In this document: piece by piece, positions 30,134-32,000 of the stretch
Layout of the letters: each line of letters starts with the position of its first letter
How positions within the stretch are numbered: position 1 is the stretch's first letter
From: Mycoplasmoides pneumoniae FH
Lineage (GTDB): Bacteria > Bacillota_I > Bacilli_A > Mycoplasmatales > Mycoplasmoidaceae
DNA length: 32,000 bases
Reading direction: 5' to 3'
Assembly: GCF_001272835.1 (NCBI RefSeq)
Contig: NZ_CP010546.1
Span: 242,809 to 274,808, forward strand
Notes under the pieces: model-generated
What the model was told of the DNA's origin: nothing
Seen by the model: only the letters and a program-made list of their open reading frames with translations
Database searches by the model: none
Made by a program: the position numbers and the translations under genes

Positions 30134-31072
30134 ATGAAAAAGTTATTAGTCAAGGAGTTAATCGAACAATTTCAGGATTGTGTTAACCTCATTGATGGGC
30201 ACACTAACACCAGTAATGTAATTAGAGTACCCGGATTAAAGCGGGTGGTGTTTGAAATGCTGGGGTTGTTTTCCAGCCAAATTGGCTCGGTAGCCATTTT
30301 GGGCAAACGCGAATTTGGCTTTTTGAGTCAAAAAACGCTGGTTGAACAACAGCAAATTCTCCACAACTTACTCAAACTCAACCCACCAGCGATTATTTTG
30401 ACCAAGTCCTTTACTGACCCCACGGTACTTTTACAGGTTAACCAGACTTATCAGGTACCGATCCTAAAGACCGATTTCTTTTCCACGGAACTTTCCTTTA
30501 CGGTCGAAACCTACATTAACGAACAGTTTGCTACTGTTGCACAAATTCACGGCGTCTTGCTGGAAGTTTTTGGTGTAGGTGTCTTATTAACTGGTCGCAG
30601 TGGCATTGGTAAATCGGAGTGTGCCTTAGATCTAATTAACAAGAACCACCTCTTTGTCGGTGATGATGCGATTGAAATATACCGTTTGGGTAATCGCTTG
30701 TTTGGTCGCGCGCAGGAAGTAGCGAAAAAGTTTATGGAAATCCGTGGTCTTGGTATTATTAACGTCGAGCGCTTTTACGGATTGCAAATTACTAAACAGC
30801 GCACCGAAATCCAGTTAATGGTGAACTTACTGAGTTTAGAAAAACAAACGACCGTGACCTTTGAGCGTTTAGGTACCGAATTGAAAAAACAACGTTTACT
30901 CGGAGTTGATTTGAGCTTTTATGAAATTCCGATTTCCCCCGGGCGGAAGACGAGTGAAATCATTGAAAGCGCTGTAATTGATTTTAAACTTAAGCACAGT
31001 GGCTATAACTCTGCTTTAGACTTTATTGAAAACCAGAAGGCCATTTTAAAACGTAAAAAAGATGAATCCTAG
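30134..31072 (+). CDS. hprK: HPr kinase/phosphorylase
   Basis: 312-aa ORF starting immediately after the tilS stop. Walker A GRSGIGKSE and the HprK signature EIRGLGIINV are present. Confidence 0.95.
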   Translation: MKKLLVKELIEQFQDCVNLIDGHTNTSNVIRVPGLKRVVFEMLGLFSSQIGSVAILGKREFGFLSQKTLVEQQQILHNLLKLNPPAIILTKSFTDPTVLLQVNQTYQVPILKTDFFSTELSFTVETYINEQFATVAQIHGVLLEVFGVGVLLTGRSGIGKSECALDLINKNHLFVGDDAIEIYRLGNRLFGRAQEVAKKFMEIRGLGIINVERFYGLQITKQRTEIQLMVNLLSLEKQTTVTFERLGTELKKQRLLGVDLSFYEIPISPGRKTSEIIESAVIDFKLKHSGYNSALDFIENQKAILKRKKDES

Positions 31073-32000
31073 TGTTAGTAGCAGACCACCATGATCAACG
31101 GCCTTTTACTTAGGGCCGGGTTTTCCTATTCAATGGTATGGGATCATAGTCGCAATTGGGATTGCCTTTGGCATCTTAATGTTTGTCTTGAAGTTAATTT
31201 ACTTTTACAAGATTCAAGATAACAGCTTTTACTTCTTTATCTTCATTGCAGTTTTAACAATGGTATTGGGCGCACGAGCTTGGTATTTTTTGATTGAAGC
31301 GGTTGATGGTCGTTCAAGTGGGAGCAACTTCTTTGACTTCCGCAACGGTGGGTTAGCAATCCAAGGTGGTGTGTTGTTAACTACGTTAGCGGGGATTATC
31401 TACTTTAACGTCTTTTTAAACATGAAGACGACCAAAACCAAAACCACCGCTAAACTATTAAACAACAAGAACCAGATTAAAACGGTTTATGTCGAGCGTA
31501 ACATCTCAGTGTTTGTGATGTTGGATCTCATCGCTCCCTGTGTGTTAATTGGTCAAGCCATTGGTCGTTGGGGTAACTTCTTTAACGCGGAAGTTTATGG
31601 CGCAGCTTTAGTGGGTTCCAAAAATGATACCCTGTCAGCTGCTAACACCACCTGGGGCTTTTTAAGAATCTTAATGCCCAAAGTGTGGGACGGAATGTTT
31701 ATCAATGGTAGCTTCCGCATTCCGCTTTTCTTAATCGAATCGTTCTTTAACACGATCTTCTTTGTCTTTATCTACTTTGTAATGGACCACATTAAGGGGA
31801 TCCGCAGTGGGACAATTGGCTTTAGTTACTTCTTAGCGACTGGCATAGTTCGCTTAATCTTGGAAACGCAGCGTGATGAAGCGTTTAAGTACAATACCTC
31901 GATTGTGTTTAGTGCACTCTTAATTTTGGTGGGAATAGTAGGGATTATTTACTGTCAAACGTTAGCAATTAAATTGCGTGGTTATTTCTGAACTTACTTC
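31062..32000 (+). CDS. lgt: Prolipoprotein diacylglyceryl transferase (3' end outside window)
   Basis: ATG 31062 overlaps hprK by 11 nt. It joins track ORF 31179-31991 through TGA (MNPSVSSRPPWSTAFYLGPGFPIQWYGIIVAIGIAF...), and the frame continues past TGA 31989-91 to the window edge. The Lgt motif GQAIGRWGNFFNAEVYG is present. Confidence 0.9.

Noticed and set aside
1-32000. Searched by eye for CRISPR-like direct repeat/spacer arrays, tRNA cloverleafs, rRNA segments, transposase or integrase genes and inverted terminal repeats
   Set aside because: None was recognised. The only repeats seen are the hsdS internal duplication, the RepMP-type blocks (repeats only in a genome-wide sense) and the short hexamer microsatellite. 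A proper tRNAscan/Infernal run would be needed to exclude small RNAs formally.
1-32000. Alternative reading of the many in-frame TGAs as genuine stops, meaning a massively pseudogenised genome
   Set aside because: The TGAs fall at conserved Trp positions, downstream sequence stays in frame with conserved motifs, and TAA or TAG always appears at the expected protein ends. Code 4 explains everything more simply.

Overview
Read with genetic code 4 (TGA = Trp), the fragmented six-frame track becomes a nearly continuous, almost entirely plus-strand gene array typical of a Mollicute. From my recall of the protein sequences (P1-adhesin-like RepMP blocks, the 116-kDa surface antigen, a 940-aa PtsG, an 851-aa OppF), it looks like Mycoplasmoides (Mycoplasma) pneumoniae, roughly the MPN201-MPN224 interval of an M129-type genome. 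That identification is memory, not a search result. Gene order: hsdS (5' end outside window); a GC-rich silent P1-adhesin cassette (RepMP2/3-like, frameshifted); a DUF16/UPF0134 coiled-coil gene; a second GC-rich cassette ORF (RepMP4-like); a 90-aa membrane ORF missed by standard-code ORF calling; ptsG (EIICBA); a 609-bp non-coding spacer; the overlapping chain rpsB-pacL-secA-uvrB-orf135; P116; a convergent 154-codon antisense ORF; a structured spacer ending in an intrinsic terminator; oppBCDF (no oppA, and OppF carries an insertion of about 530 aa); then rplK-rplA-pth-tilS-hprK-lgt (3' end outside window). I found no rRNA, tRNA, CRISPR array, transposase or integrase, and no defence genes other than the lone hsdS. 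I see no convincing evidence for a wholly new multi-gene system. The items most worth follow-up are the adhesin-cassette locus next to an internally duplicated hsdS, the giant uncharacterised insertion splitting the OppF ATPase, the terminator-containing structured region just upstream of oppB, the orf135-P116 pair with its structured spacer, and several small or antisense ORFs and hairpins in unusually long spacers.
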